Assembly (NCBI GenBank): GCA_018269075.1
Contig: JAFDVJ010000060.1
Span: forward strand, 11,079-35,078
Direction: 5' to 3'
Length of the DNA: 24,000 nt
Source: Acidobacteriota bacterium
GTDB lineage: Bacteria; Acidobacteriota; Blastocatellia; Pyrinomonadales; Pyrinomonadaceae
Part shown: positions 14,078-24,000 of the stretch, one piece after another
Position numbering within the stretch: position 1 is the first letter of the stretch
Layout: every line of letters begins with the position of its first letter
Program-made: the position numbers and the translations under genes
The notes under the pieces: model-generated
The model's database searches: none
What the model was told of the DNA's origin: nothing
What the model saw: the letters and a program-made list of their open reading frames with translations, nothing else

Positions 14078-15844
14078 TTATTCGGCCGGCGCCGCGAACC
14101 GGTAATCGAGCTCTTCGACGAGCAGCCGGCCCTCGGACTTTTTCGTGATCTCGATCCGTTCGAGGCCGCCGGCGAGCTTGAGCAGACCGTCGATATTCCG
14201 GGTAAAGAAATAATCCGGCCCGTCTGAAAAGTTGTCGATCGCCTCGATCCGCGCAAAGACCGGTGTGAACGATCGGGCCGCTTCCTTCGGCCGGATGACG
14301 GTCAGGGCGGCGAAATCGCCGGCCGGCGATTCCGAACCGGCCGGCGCGTTGAGAATCGCCGTCAGCAGTTCTTCGTTGTTCGAAAAGATCAGAAACTCAC
14401 CGCGAACCGCATAAAATATCGCCCGCCCGAGCGCCGGAAATTCCAATTTTCGCGCGTCCGCCCCTTCAACCGAAAAATCGCCCCAGCGAAACGAGTTTTC
14501 CGGACGGCCGGCGGTCAGCCGCCGGGCGGCCGCGGCGGCGATCCGCGTTTCGAGCTCCGGGCGGTCGAGCCGGCCGGCCGATCCGAGGGCGAGAACGAGC
14601 GCCCGGCGGTTTTCGAAAAACGCGGGGTCGTCGAGCCTCGCCGGCGATTCGATGCGAAGCCCGGCTTTCGGCACGGTATTCGCCATAACCCCGGCAAAAT
14701 CCGGCCGCTCGTCTTTGTCGTCGGCGAGCGCCGGCATCTCGTCATCCTCCGATTCGTCGACGGATTCGTTGAAATCGCCGCCGAGATAGGAAAAGCTGTC
14801 GCTCGTCTCCCAGTCGGAGAAATAATGCCGGGATCGCGTGGTTTTTTCGTCCGGCGCGGCTTCGGGCGATCCGAAAAGGATGTCTTCCAGCGATTTATTC
14901 AGCTTCGCCGCCGGCATCGTTTCGATTTCGTAAAACGGCGCGTCGGCCGGAACGAACCGCCCGAGTCCGGCCGCGGCCCGGCGGTCGACGGCCGGGCCGG
15001 ATTCCGGTTTGGCGGTCAAAAAGACCCGCTTTTCGACGATCGCGTCGGCCCGCAGATCCAGATCGATCATCCCGGCGCGCAGATTCGCGAGCCGTTTGAC
15101 GTCGCCCATCAGCCAGTAATGCCTGAAATACCAGTCGTCGTTGAGCTTTTTCTGGTTGAGCCAAACCGTCGCCGTCTGCGGCTTGATCCGGGCGGCCGTC
15201 GAGATGAAATCGGGATCGGCTGAAAGCCGGTTGCGGGGCGTTTTGCCGCGCAGGTTGTCGATCGTCTGGAGGAAATATTTTTCCGAAGTGGCGACGATCA
15301 GCCGGCCCGCGACGCTGGCGAACAGGATCTTCTGCTTCTGCCGCTGGCGGTCGACCTCGATCTCCTTTGAATAGGCCCGGGTTTCGGAATCGATCCCGAT
15401 CTCTTCGAAATCGGCCTGCCGCGAGAAAAGGCTGGTCGCGAGAATCTTTTCCTCGCTCATCGGCGCGACGAACACGAACTCCATCTTCCCGATGTCGTAA
15501 ACGGCCAGCGCGGCGCTGTTCTCGCTCAGATTCGCGGCCAGATCGAGATCGGGAAAGATGCTCGTCCGGTCGAAAATCTCGCCCGCCCGCTCGACGAGCT
15601 TGAGAGCGAGATGCCGTTTGCCGAAATCGTCGAAGTTCTCGCTTTTCAGATAAGCGGCGCGGGTTTCGGATTTCCGCCAGGTCTCGATCAGTTCCGGGAG
15701 ATTATTGATCTGAACGTAGATCAGCGCCTCGCGGGGAAAATCGTCGGCCGGCGCGAAGTCGCCCTTCGGCCGCGAGAGGCCGGCGATCATCAGGACGGCG
15801 GCGACGAATAAGATCATCATTGTTCCGAACATCATTTTCTTCAT
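14078..15844 (-). CDS. N-terminally anchored or secreted protein of unknown function, 588 aa
   Basis: The N-terminus is MKKMMFGTMMILFVAAVLMIAGLSRPKGD, a signal or anchor. GAGG lies 7 nt upstream of the ATG and overlaps the stop of the preceding gene (9-nt gap). I recognise no catalytic motif. There is an acidic stretch ESVDESEDDEMPALADDKDE. Composition is not shadow-like. Confidence 0.7.
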   Translation of the reverse strand: MKKMMFGTMMILFVAAVLMIAGLSRPKGDFAPADDFPREALIYVQINNLPELIETWRKSETRAAYLKSENFDDFGKRHLALKLVERAGEIFDRTSIFPDLDLAANLSENSAALAVYDIGKMEFVFVAPMSEEKILATSLFSRQADFEEIGIDSETRAYSKEIEVDRQRQKQKILFASVAGRLIVATSEKYFLQTIDNLRGKTPRNRLSADPDFISTAARIKPQTATVWLNQKKLNDDWYFRHYWLMGDVKRLANLRAGMIDLDLRADAIVEKRVFLTAKPESGPAVDRRAAAGLGRFVPADAPFYEIETMPAAKLNKSLEDILFGSPEAAPDEKTTRSRHYFSDWETSDSFSYLGGDFNESVDESEDDEMPALADDKDERPDFAGVMANTVPKAGLRIESPARLDDPAFFENRRALVLALGSAGRLDRPELETRIAAAAARRLTAGRPENSFRWGDFSVEGADARKLEFPALGRAIFYAVRGEFLIFSNNEELLTAILNAPAGSESPAGDFAALTVIRPKEAARSFTPVFARIEAIDNFSDGPDYFFTRNIDGLLKLAGGLERIEITKKSEGRLLVEELDYRFAAPAE

Positions 15845-15853
15845 AAAAAAACC

Positions 15854-18800
15854 TCAAAAATCGGTAAAGTATTTTTCGGTGATGACCGGCGAACCGGCGT
15901 TTTTCGCGTTTTGATCGGCCAGTTTGAACTGTAAGGCTTCGAGCCGTCGAGCGGATTCGGCCGCCTTTTCGGTCGATCCGGCGAGGCTGCCGAAAGCCTT
16001 TTCGTATTCGATAGCCGCCGCCAGGTCGCCGGTCTGCTCGGCCGCCGGCGACAGCGCTTCGATTATCCGGCGAACCGCTTCCGCCTGGGTGCGGCGGTTC
16101 CGGCGGTCGAGAGTTTCGAATTCGGAATCCCGGAAGACGGCGGCCGAAGTTCCGGCGTTTTTCAGGAGCCCGAATTTTCCGGCGAGCGCGAGGGCCGTTT
16201 CCGTTTTTCCCGCCTCCAGCCGGTTTTCGATCGCCAGCCCGACCGGCGATTTTTCACGAAAGCCGAAAATTTGGGTCAGCTGAAAGGATTGGCCGGCGAC
16301 CTTCATCAAATCGTCGAACGCCGCGTCGCCGAGGCCGGCCTCGCGTTCGAAAAGCGCCCGCAGAAAAACCAGCTCGCCCGAGTAGCCGTTTTCACCGAGC
16401 ATCGCGGCCGCCCCCTGCGGGTCGCCGTTCCGGGCTGTTAAAAAGGCTTTCAGCGCCGTTTCCATCTCGGTCTCGCGGCTCGCCGAAAACGGGTTCTCGG
16501 CCGCGAATTTTTCACGGAGCCCGGGATTTCGGCCGCAGATTTCGGCCAGCACGAGCAGGCTTTGCCAGCGATACCGGCGTTCGATCCGGAGATCGGCGGA
16601 AATTTCGACGAGCCGCGCGGCCGCTTCGGCGGGGCCGTTGAGTTTTTCCTGCAGGCGGGCCTTCTCGATCCGGTTACCGATGTCGGCCGGCGCGGTTTCG
16701 AAAAGCCTTTCGCGAAACGCGGCGGCCTCGGCATAAAGACCGAATTCCGCCGCCATTTCGGCCGCGACCCGCAGCGCCGCGGTCGTTTGCAGGTCGTTTT
16801 GCGGTTCGACGGGCAGATTTTCGCGGTTCGCGAATTTTTGGATCAGCGGCATCGCATCGAGCTCCGAGCGCATTTCCGGTTCCGAAAAGGCAGTCATTAT
16901 CTTCAGCAGACTGAGACCGGCGGCCGTCTCGCCCTTTTCGAATTCGATCCGCGCGAGCCCCGCAAAATCTTCGGTTTCGAACTGTTCGAGCGCGATCCGG
17001 CGGGCGTAAAAAGCCTCGCGAAGCGGCGGAAGCAGATCGGCCCGGCCGGTTTCCTCGAGCACCGCGGCGGCGGCGTTCAGCCGGTCGAGGTCGGGAAGCG
17101 GAGCCTTAGAGGATGTCGGATGAATCTCGATCCCGGTAAATTGCAGCAAATCCCGACCGACCGGGACGTTTTGCCGGATTTTGACCCGGAGAGCGGCCAG
17201 TCTGAGCCAGACCGGCCGGGCGTAATGGCCCTTCAGCGAATCTTCGATTTCGGCGATCAGTTTCGCGGCCGCCGGCCAGTTCCGGTTTTCGAGCAGAAAG
17301 TCGAGATAAGCCTGCCGGCGGCGCAGCTTTTCGTTCTCGGGCTCCGGCGACTCGAAATCTTTTTCCGAGTCGTAAAGCAGCTCGGCGTCGGCGGCGTTCG
17401 AAGTCGCTTCCAGCTGCAGAACATAGTCGTAATCGTGTTCGTAGCTGTCGAAGCCGGAAGCGCTGCGGATCCAGATCTCGTAAAATTTCCCGCGGTCGGC
17501 GGGCCCGATCAGAGTTTCTTCGATCAATATTTGCGGGAGCCGCGAATTTTTGCCGGATTCGAGACAGAGCGCCAGAAAATAGGCCGTTTTCCGGCTTTCG
17601 GAATCGAAGGTTTTCGCGAGATCGCGAATCAGCTCTTTGAGGTTTGCGGGGAATTGATCGTCGTCGTCGGGGTTTTCTTTCAAATGATTGAGAACGAACG
17701 GTTTGAGGTCGTCGCGGGCCTGCTCCGACTGGCCGAAGTCGGCCATCGTCCGCAGATACAGGACGGCGTCGTCGACGGTCGGATCTTCGTTCTCGACGAT
17801 CCGGCTCCAGGTCTCGATGGCCTTTTGCCGTTCGCCCTTTTGAAAATAGGCGGCCCCGACGTAGGGCAGAAACGAACGATCGTCCGGCGCGAGCTGCCCG
17901 GCGATCCCGAAATGTTCGAGGGCGCGGTCGAAATCCTTTTGTTCGAGATAGTAATAACCGAGGCTGAACTGCCGGGCGGCGTCCTGCGGACGGCTTTCGA
18001 TGCCCGCCGGGAGGTATAATTCGGCCTGCTCGCGGTGCGGGCCGGCGGCGAGCCATTTTCCGTAAAGTCCGGCCGCCGCGAACCACTCGGCGCCCGCGAG
18101 CGCCGGTTTTTTGTCGGGATCGAGGGCGATCAGCCCGCCGATCGGCGCGAGACCGAGCGCGTTCCGGTAAAATTCGTTTCTATCCGGCGCGTCCGGTTTC
18201 AATTGCGATTCGATTTGGGCGGTTCGCGAAGTCTTCCAGCCGTCCGGTAAGGTTGAATTCCGGACGGCCTCGGCGGCAGCTTCCTTTTCGTTTTTCGAAA
18301 GCAGGAAATTGATCAGCCGGAGCTGGTGAACCGTCGGGCCGTCGATCAGTTCGTCGAGTTTTTGACGGTCGTCGCGGTAGAGGATTTCAAGGTAGCGGCC
18401 GGTCAGCTCGTCGTCGCCCGACTGCCGCGCGAAAACAATGCCGAGGGCCTTTTTTTCTTTTTCGGGATCGCCGGCCGACCGGGCGTTTTCCGCGTAGAGC
18501 CGGACCTGTTCGAGGGGCCGCGATTCGAGTTTCGGATCGAGCAGATAGAGAACCTCGCGAAAACGCCCGCGGTTTTGATAAAACGCCAGCAGGGGCTGAA
18601 GGTTGACGGCGGCGCGCCCCTCGTTGGGCGAGTTTTGGTAAGCGGCGATCAGGTTTTTTTCCAGCAGATCGTCGAAGCCGCAGCCGGCGGCCAGATTCTG
18701 GAGCAGCGAAAGCCGTCCGGAATCGGCGTCGGCCGTGGTTTGAAGCTCGGAATCGATGAGGCTTCGAAGATAGATGATTTCGGCGCCGCTCGCCCGGGTT

Positions 18801-21800
18801 TTGATCTCGCCGGCGAGCGCGCCGACGATCGCTTTATCGAGAACCGAAAGGCTCCGGCGCGCGCGGCCGGCGACGACCGAGTCGGGATCGTCGAGCGCCG
18901 CCGAATATTTTTCGCGGAGCGCCAGCAGCTTCGGGACGATCGAATCGAGCGGGTCGCGCCGGTGGACGGTTTTGACGAAGTCCTCAACGTCGGCCGGCCT
19001 CAGTTCCTGCCGGAACGGCGCGTTCAACAGATCGTCGAAGGCCGCCAGAAAGGTTTCGGGCGCTTGTTCCGAATCCCCGGCCGACAGCTGCCGGGCCGCG
19101 TCGAACCGGTCGGTTTCCGGGGCCGGCGGCGGAATCTGCTCGGCCGGCAGCTTGTTTTTTTCGGCCGCGGCCTCGGCGAACCGGCCGAGTTTTTCGAGCA
19201 GGGCGATTTTCTGCCGGCGGTATTTGGCGTCCTCGTTCGAGAGCTCAAGCATTTTATCGATGGTCGTCAGAGCGGCTTCGTAATTTTGCATAACGGTTTG
19301 AAGGCCGGCCAGCTCCTCGTAGAGCGCGAGGTCTTCCGGCTGGTTGAAAATGGCGATCCGGTAATTTTCGAGCGCGTTCGGATAGTCTTTCTCGGCTTCG
19401 TAGAGCCGGCCCAGAACGAGATTCCAGCGGTAATTCTTGAAGGACTCGGCGGCCAGCTTGCGGTAATAATCGATCATTTTCGACGCGCCGCCGAACCGTT
19501 TGACGTAGGCGAAGGCGCGGTCGAGTTTTTCTTCGTCGTCGGGGTCGCGGTTGATGATCTCGACGTATTGCTCGGCGGCCGAGTCGTAATCCTTCAAGCG
19601 GGTAAAGGCGTCGATCATTTTTTCGCGCAGATCGGCGGTGATCCAGTTTAATTCACGCGGTTCGAGCCCTTGTTTTTTGAGGGCTTCGAGATTCCGGTCG
19701 AGCGCCTGCCGGAGCGCGTCCGGTCGGGCCGTCCGGACATATAGGCCGGTCAATTCCGAAAAAACCTCGTCGTCGGACGGGTTTTCGTCCTGCAGCCGGA
19801 GGAGAATTTTTTCGGCCGGGGCCGTCCGGTTGTCGGAAAGCAGGCGCTGGACGAGCTTTCGGCGGAGGCTGTAGAGATACTCGCCGCGGGCGCGCCCGAG
19901 CGCGGCCTCGAGGACGGCGATCGAGCGCCGGCGATTTCCGAGATCCCAGAAAAAGGCTTCGGTTTCCTTGATCACGCCGTAATTGGCCGGAAATCGGGCG
20001 ATCAGCTCGTCGAGCACGCGGGCGGCCTCGGCGGGCTGGTAATTTTCGCGAAAGCGGTCGGCGAGCTGGAGCCGGTAAATGATCGAATCGTGCGGGGTGA
20101 CGGAAATCCGGATCAAACGTCCGAGAACCGCGCGGATCGCCGCCGATTCGTCGACATCGCGGAAAAACTGTTTCGTTTCGAGCAGATTATCGACCGATTT
20201 TTCGCCGGTAGATTGCTCAATCAGCAGCTCGACGGCTTTCTGTTTTTGCCCGGCAAGGAAAAAGACGTCCGCGTAATTGAAAACCAGCCGAAACGGCTGC
20301 GCGGTCGCCTTTCGCCGGGTTTCGAACGCGGCGTCGATCTCCGCCGCGAGGCCGGGTTTCCCGAAAAGCACGCGCAGCCGTTGTTTGGCGGCCGACCAAT
20401 CGGCCGCGCCGTCGTCGTCGGAAAGCGCCCTGAGATATTCGCCGAGCGCTTCGGAGCGTTTGTTTTGGGCTTCGAGGATCGCGCCGGCCTGAAAGGCGTA
20501 GAGATTTTCGCGACCGGTTTTCCGGCGCAGATCTTCGATCGTCCGAAGCGCTTTGTCGAACTGAAAATAATCCCAGTAAACGGTCGCCGTCGTCAGATAT
20601 GAATCGTTTTCGCCGGCCGCCTGCGCGGGCAGTTTGTCCCAGTTTTCGGCGGCTTTGGCGAAATCGCCGAGCTCGGCCCGGAGCTCGCCCGCCCGCGTGC
20701 CGTAGCGCCCGTCGGACGGGAAGTCGGCGGCCTGCCGCTCGGCGAAATCGGCCGATTCGAGCAGCAGGCTCCGGTTCGTCTGGCCGAAGGAGCGGGCGAT
20801 CGCCAGAAAATTTTCCGAGATTTCGGGATCGTTCGGATAAAGCCGGTTCAGATCGCGATAGAAAAGGACCGATTTTTCGAAATCCGAAAGCCGCGCCGAA
20901 GCGTCGGCCCGGAACAGTTTATAGGTGAGCGCGCCGATTTCGTCGCCGTCGCTGCGCTCTTCGGCAATCTTCAGACAGTCTTCGAGCTGTCCGGTTCTCG
21001 CCAATTCGTTTAGAAACAGTCCGCGGATTTCGGGCGATTCGAAATAGTATTCGGCCGCCAATTGACGCCATTCGACGGTCATTTTGTGCTGCTCGTAATA
21101 TTGCAGAAGCCCTTTGACGAACACGATGTTGTGCGGAAAACGTAGGTGCGCCAGGCTGTAAAGCCCGAGAAACAGCCGCCCGTCGAAACTGTCGGGGCTT
21201 TTGAGCTCGCGACCGTCGATGAACTCATTGAGAAATGAGCGGGTGCCGGCGTCGTCGAAGCTCGCGACGACCGACCGCGAAAAAACGTCGAATTCATCCG
21301 ACCGGCGGTTGCGGATCAGCCAGCGCGCGAAACGGTCCGACCAGGTTTTCTGCGGGAACTGTTGAAGCGCTTTCCGGTAATATTCGAGCTGTTTTTCGAT
21401 CAGGTTGGTTTGTCCGAGCCAACCGAGCATTTCGACGTAGAGCCGCGATTCGTCGGGGTATTTTTCGATTTCGCCGGCGTAAAGGTCGAGAATCTCGCGG
21501 GTTTTGTTTTCGCGGGCGAGCGAGCCGACAAAGCGCGTAAGGATGTTCGAATAGGAATAATCGGCCGGATGGGACGTCAGATAATTTCGGTAACTGGCTG
21601 CCGGAGCTTCATAATAAGACCCGCGTTTCGGTTTATCGAAATTCGAAACGCCCGTGTTCGAGGCCGCCGGAAATTTGACGACCTGCGGCTTTTCGGCCGA
21701 CGGTTCCGGCGACTGATCGTTTGCGGCGTTTTGATAAACGGGAAACCGCGGCGCGTCGGAACGGCCGAGCCGGTCGAGCAGGTCGCGGTAAACGGCGCGT

Positions 21801-23338
21801 TCGCGGTCGTATTTATTGACCGCGATATAGGCGTCGGCGAGCTTGACGGCGGCGTCCGCGTAATTTTCGAAACGGGCGTAGTTTTGTTCATATTCGGCCA
21901 GCGTTTGTTCGGCGATTTCCGGGTTATCTGACAAAGTGTAGAGCCGGACGATGTCGAGATACATCTGCGCGAGTTCGGGCCGCCCGGGGTATTCCTGCCG
22001 GAAAGTCAGGAAAAGCCGGTAGGCGGTCGCCCGGTTGAAAAGCCGGACGGCGGCCTGTTTTTTTTCGTCGAAACGGCCGGCAATGCCGGAATCGGAAAAA
22101 ATCAGCGAGATGAGACCGGTCGTGACGCCGGGATGGATGTCGGTTTTGGCGACCGTCTCAAAAAAATCGAGATCGCCGTCGGTCAGCGGCAGGCGGCGGT
22201 CGGCCGAGTCCGACAGGAGCTCGAAAAGCTGGTAGATGACTTTCGGACGGATTTCCGCGTCGCCTGCGAACCGCCGGTCGGCGGCGACCGTGTAAAGAAA
22301 CCGCGAGGCCGCCGCGCCCTCGCCGGCCTCGATCAGGAACTGCGAGATCGTCAGCAGCTGGTCGGGAGCCCATTCGACTTTTTTCTGCCGCCGCGCCGTT
22401 TCGAGCGTGCTGATCAGAGGGCCGATCTCATTGCCCTCGTAATTTTCGAGATGGATCAGCCGGACGGCGGTTTGGAAATCGGTCGGGTCGAGCCGGAATT
22501 GCTTGCGAAGCCCGGATTGATAAACGCGGTACGCGTCGTTTTCATCGAGGAACCGGTAAAATTTATCGCTTTCATCGGCGGGCCAGGACGGATCGAAGGC
22601 GTTTTCGTAAACCGCGACGGCCTCGGTGGTTTTCTTTTCGGCGAGCAGAACGGCCAAGCGTTTTTCGAGGATCGGGCCGCCCGCGTTGGGGAAATTCGCT
22701 TCGGCTTCGGTCAGCAGCCGCGCCGCCTCGGCGAATTCTTTTTCTTCGATCAGCCGGTCGACGTACTGCAGGAAAACCGGCAGCGATTCCGGAGCGGCGG
22801 CCAGTACGCGACGCGCATAATCCGGGGACAAATACTGTTTGAGATCGTGTTTTCCGGCGAAATTGATGAGGTTCGCGAAATTCTCGGCCCGTTTTTCGGG
22901 CTCTTCGTCGAGGAGTCGTTCGAGCACGGCGGCCTCTTTTTCGAAAGCCGCGCGGCGGTCGTAAAAACCGGCGAGAACCCGCAGGTCGACGGGTTCGATC
23001 GCCTGCAGCTCCTTTTCCGCATCGTCGAACCGCCCCAGTTTTTCGTCGAGCCCGGCCAGTTTGAGGAGGATTTCCGGATCGTCCGGATACTGCTCCAGTA
23101 CCGCGGCCAGCCGGCTCCGCGCGTCGGCGGTCGGAAACGGCACGATCGCGGTCGCGCCGAAAAAATCGGTTCGCGCGAACAGCGCCTGCTCGACGGCCGC
23201 GTTTTTCGGATCGATCGGAATTTCGGCCGGTTTGTCCGAAGAGAAGCCGAAATACAGCGAAATGATCAGGATCGAAAGATAGACCGCGGACTGGAGGCCG
23301 ACGGCGATTCCGGATTTTGTAAGCGGTGGTAAAGGCAT
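15854..23338 (-). CDS. Giant TPR / helical-repeat protein with one N-terminal TM helix, 2494 aa
   Basis: A single uninterrupted 7.5-kb ORF. The N-terminus is MPLPPLTKSGIAVGLQSAVYLSILIISLYFGF. The remainder is Ala/Leu/Glu/Tyr-rich with many TPR-like 34-residue patterns (for example AELYLPAGIESRPQDAARQFSLGYYYLEQKDFDRALEHFGIAGQLAPDD and WNLVLGRLYEAEKDYPNALENYRIAIFNQPED). It starts 5 nt after the upstream gene's stop. Confidence 0.85.
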   Translation of the reverse strand: MPLPPLTKSGIAVGLQSAVYLSILIISLYFGFSSDKPAEIPIDPKNAAVEQALFARTDFFGATAIVPFPTADARSRLAAVLEQYPDDPEILLKLAGLDEKLGRFDDAEKELQAIEPVDLRVLAGFYDRRAAFEKEAAVLERLLDEEPEKRAENFANLINFAGKHDLKQYLSPDYARRVLAAAPESLPVFLQYVDRLIEEKEFAEAARLLTEAEANFPNAGGPILEKRLAVLLAEKKTTEAVAVYENAFDPSWPADESDKFYRFLDENDAYRVYQSGLRKQFRLDPTDFQTAVRLIHLENYEGNEIGPLISTLETARRQKKVEWAPDQLLTISQFLIEAGEGAAASRFLYTVAADRRFAGDAEIRPKVIYQLFELLSDSADRRLPLTDGDLDFFETVAKTDIHPGVTTGLISLIFSDSGIAGRFDEKKQAAVRLFNRATAYRLFLTFRQEYPGRPELAQMYLDIVRLYTLSDNPEIAEQTLAEYEQNYARFENYADAAVKLADAYIAVNKYDRERAVYRDLLDRLGRSDAPRFPVYQNAANDQSPEPSAEKPQVVKFPAASNTGVSNFDKPKRGSYYEAPAASYRNYLTSHPADYSYSNILTRFVGSLARENKTREILDLYAGEIEKYPDESRLYVEMLGWLGQTNLIEKQLEYYRKALQQFPQKTWSDRFARWLIRNRRSDEFDVFSRSVVASFDDAGTRSFLNEFIDGRELKSPDSFDGRLFLGLYSLAHLRFPHNIVFVKGLLQYYEQHKMTVEWRQLAAEYYFESPEIRGLFLNELARTGQLEDCLKIAEERSDGDEIGALTYKLFRADASARLSDFEKSVLFYRDLNRLYPNDPEISENFLAIARSFGQTNRSLLLESADFAERQAADFPSDGRYGTRAGELRAELGDFAKAAENWDKLPAQAAGENDSYLTTATVYWDYFQFDKALRTIEDLRRKTGRENLYAFQAGAILEAQNKRSEALGEYLRALSDDDGAADWSAAKQRLRVLFGKPGLAAEIDAAFETRRKATAQPFRLVFNYADVFFLAGQKQKAVELLIEQSTGEKSVDNLLETKQFFRDVDESAAIRAVLGRLIRISVTPHDSIIYRLQLADRFRENYQPAEAARVLDELIARFPANYGVIKETEAFFWDLGNRRRSIAVLEAALGRARGEYLYSLRRKLVQRLLSDNRTAPAEKILLRLQDENPSDDEVFSELTGLYVRTARPDALRQALDRNLEALKKQGLEPRELNWITADLREKMIDAFTRLKDYDSAAEQYVEIINRDPDDEEKLDRAFAYVKRFGGASKMIDYYRKLAAESFKNYRWNLVLGRLYEAEKDYPNALENYRIAIFNQPEDLALYEELAGLQTVMQNYEAALTTIDKMLELSNEDAKYRRQKIALLEKLGRFAEAAAEKNKLPAEQIPPPAPETDRFDAARQLSAGDSEQAPETFLAAFDDLLNAPFRQELRPADVEDFVKTVHRRDPLDSIVPKLLALREKYSAALDDPDSVVAGRARRSLSVLDKAIVGALAGEIKTRASGAEIIYLRSLIDSELQTTADADSGRLSLLQNLAAGCGFDDLLEKNLIAAYQNSPNEGRAAVNLQPLLAFYQNRGRFREVLYLLDPKLESRPLEQVRLYAENARSAGDPEKEKKALGIVFARQSGDDELTGRYLEILYRDDRQKLDELIDGPTVHQLRLINFLLSKNEKEAAAEAVRNSTLPDGWKTSRTAQIESQLKPDAPDRNEFYRNALGLAPIGGLIALDPDKKPALAGAEWFAAAGLYGKWLAAGPHREQAELYLPAGIESRPQDAARQFSLGYYYLEQKDFDRALEHFGIAGQLAPDDRSFLPYVGAAYFQKGERQKAIETWSRIVENEDPTVDDAVLYLRTMADFGQSEQARDDLKPFVLNHLKENPDDDDQFPANLKELIRDLAKTFDSESRKTAYFLALCLESGKNSRLPQILIEETLIGPADRGKFYEIWIRSASGFDSYEHDYDYVLQLEATSNAADAELLYDSEKDFESPEPENEKLRRRQAYLDFLLENRNWPAAAKLIAEIEDSLKGHYARPVWLRLAALRVKIRQNVPVGRDLLQFTGIEIHPTSSKAPLPDLDRLNAAAAVLEETGRADLLPPLREAFYARRIALEQFETEDFAGLARIEFEKGETAAGLSLLKIMTAFSEPEMRSELDAMPLIQKFANRENLPVEPQNDLQTTAALRVAAEMAAEFGLYAEAAAFRERLFETAPADIGNRIEKARLQEKLNGPAEAAARLVEISADLRIERRYRWQSLLVLAEICGRNPGLREKFAAENPFSASRETEMETALKAFLTARNGDPQGAAAMLGENGYSGELVFLRALFEREAGLGDAAFDDLMKVAGQSFQLTQIFGFREKSPVGLAIENRLEAGKTETALALAGKFGLLKNAGTSAAVFRDSEFETLDRRNRRTQAEAVRRIIEALSPAAEQTGDLAAAIEYEKAFGSLAGSTEKAAESARRLEALQFKLADQNAKNAGSPVITEKYFTDF

Positions 23339-23343
23339 AGTTT

Positions 23344-24000
23344 TTAATTCCCGATCACGTCGAGCGTGATTTCTTCGGATGATTGGTTATGGGCGAAATC
23401 CTCGGCCGTTACGGTCAGTGTGTAGCGGCCGGAGGCGATGCCGTTCGGAACGGTGAGCCGGCCGACGCTCGCTTTTTCGGCCGCCGACCAGAAAAGTCGG
23501 ACGGATTCGCCGTTCTGGAAGCGGGCCGACAAACGCGCGGTGTCCTGGTCGGCGAAAACCCGGACCGGAATCTGTTCGCCGGCGGCAAACGTCTTGGCCG
23601 GCGCTTCGATCGTGATTCGCGGCGCGCGGCTGTCGATCACGAAGGTCTTCGTTTCCTCGTACCCGCGGCCGTCGCGGTCGGTCAGGATGATCCGGCAGGT
23701 ATAGCTGCCGTCGTTCATCCACGCGGGCGCGAGAAAACGGTTTTCCCAAACGCCCTCGGCGGCCAGAAATTCGAGCGGCAGAATTTCGCCGAAAGGCAGC
23801 ACGACGAGGACCCTGACGATGCTGTCGTCGGTTTTGACCCGGATCACCGGATCGCCCGGCTGGATCAGGCGCGGCCGGAGCAGCGACCGCGGGGCGGCGA
23901 TAAAGGCCGTGTAGGGCGAAACGAGCTTGTATTTTTGGGAGAGCGCGATGATTTCGTTGATGTAGTCCGTGCGTTCGCCGTTGAGATCCATCTCGCGAAC
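23344..24000 (-). CDS. 3' end of a large secreted protein, probably VIT/VWA (inter-alpha-trypsin-inhibitor-like) family, with C-terminal Ig-like beta-sandwich region. The 5' end lies beyond position 24000.
   Basis: The frame stays open to the window edge (VRE before the track's Met at 23991). INEIIALSQKYKLVSPYTAFIAAP resembles the conserved segment that follows the VWA domain in bacterial VIT-VWA proteins. The remainder looks like beta-strand repeats (YTCRIILTDRDGRGYEETKTFVIDSRAPRITIEAP, GRYTLTVTAEDFAHNQSSEEITLDV). The family call rests on a fragment only. Confidence 0.55.
   Translation of the reverse strand, partial: VREMDLNGERTDYINEIIALSQKYKLVSPYTAFIAAPRSLLRPRLIQPGDPVIRVKTDDSIVRVLVVLPFGEILPLEFLAAEGVWENRFLAPAWMNDGSYTCRIILTDRDGRGYEETKTFVIDSRAPRITIEAPAKTFAAGEQIPVRVFADQDTARLSARFQNGESVRLFWSAAEKASVGRLTVPNGIASGRYTLTVTAEDFAHNQSSEEITLDVIGN

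Noticed and set aside
15924-23332. Plus-strand ORFs antisense to the giant TPR gene (15924..16283, 16562..18019, 18326..19651, 20090..20602, 21362..21931, 22133..23332) and out-of-frame minus ORFs (for example 17106..18086)
   Set aside because: They have shadow composition (R/G/F/V/P-rich), no motifs, no start-site signals, and lie fully inside a continuous 7.5-kb ORF.

Overview
High-GC bacterial chromosomal window. I cannot assign a taxon from the sequence alone. I support 17 protein-coding genes and found no rRNA, tRNA, CRISPR array, transposase or integrase. Positions 1-748 carry a minus-strand O-methyltransferase fragment that the ORF track misses. Positions 976-14061 are a plus-strand block: APC permease, Ca2+/H+ exchanger, an AhpD-like gene with an in-frame TGA, hutI-hutH, a four-gene overlapping operon (DinB-like, DoxX, DedA::ATP-grasp fusion, NRDE/TANGO2-like), and a cell-wall module (two paralogous M15/LAS-like peptidases flanking a zinc-ribbon/NQ-repeat/TM/SH3b protein). 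Positions 14078-24000 are a minus-strand operon: the 3' end of a probable VIT/VWA-like gene, a 2494-aa TPR giant, and a 588-aa anchored protein. Most second-look signals are at 3559-4347. The AhpD-like gene is best read as a C-x-x-U selenoprotein with a SECIS-like hairpin. Its CDS is bracketed exactly by two 35-nt perfect inverted repeats made of tandem heptamers, the 3' one followed by a T-run 9 nt before hutI. The most plausible undescribed multi-gene system is the translationally coupled DinB-DoxX-DedA::ATP-grasp-NRDE cassette at 7327-10794. Many long Arg-rich ORFs in the track are alternate-frame or antisense shadows typical of high-GC DNA and were rejected. All family calls rest on motifs read by eye. 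No database searches were run.
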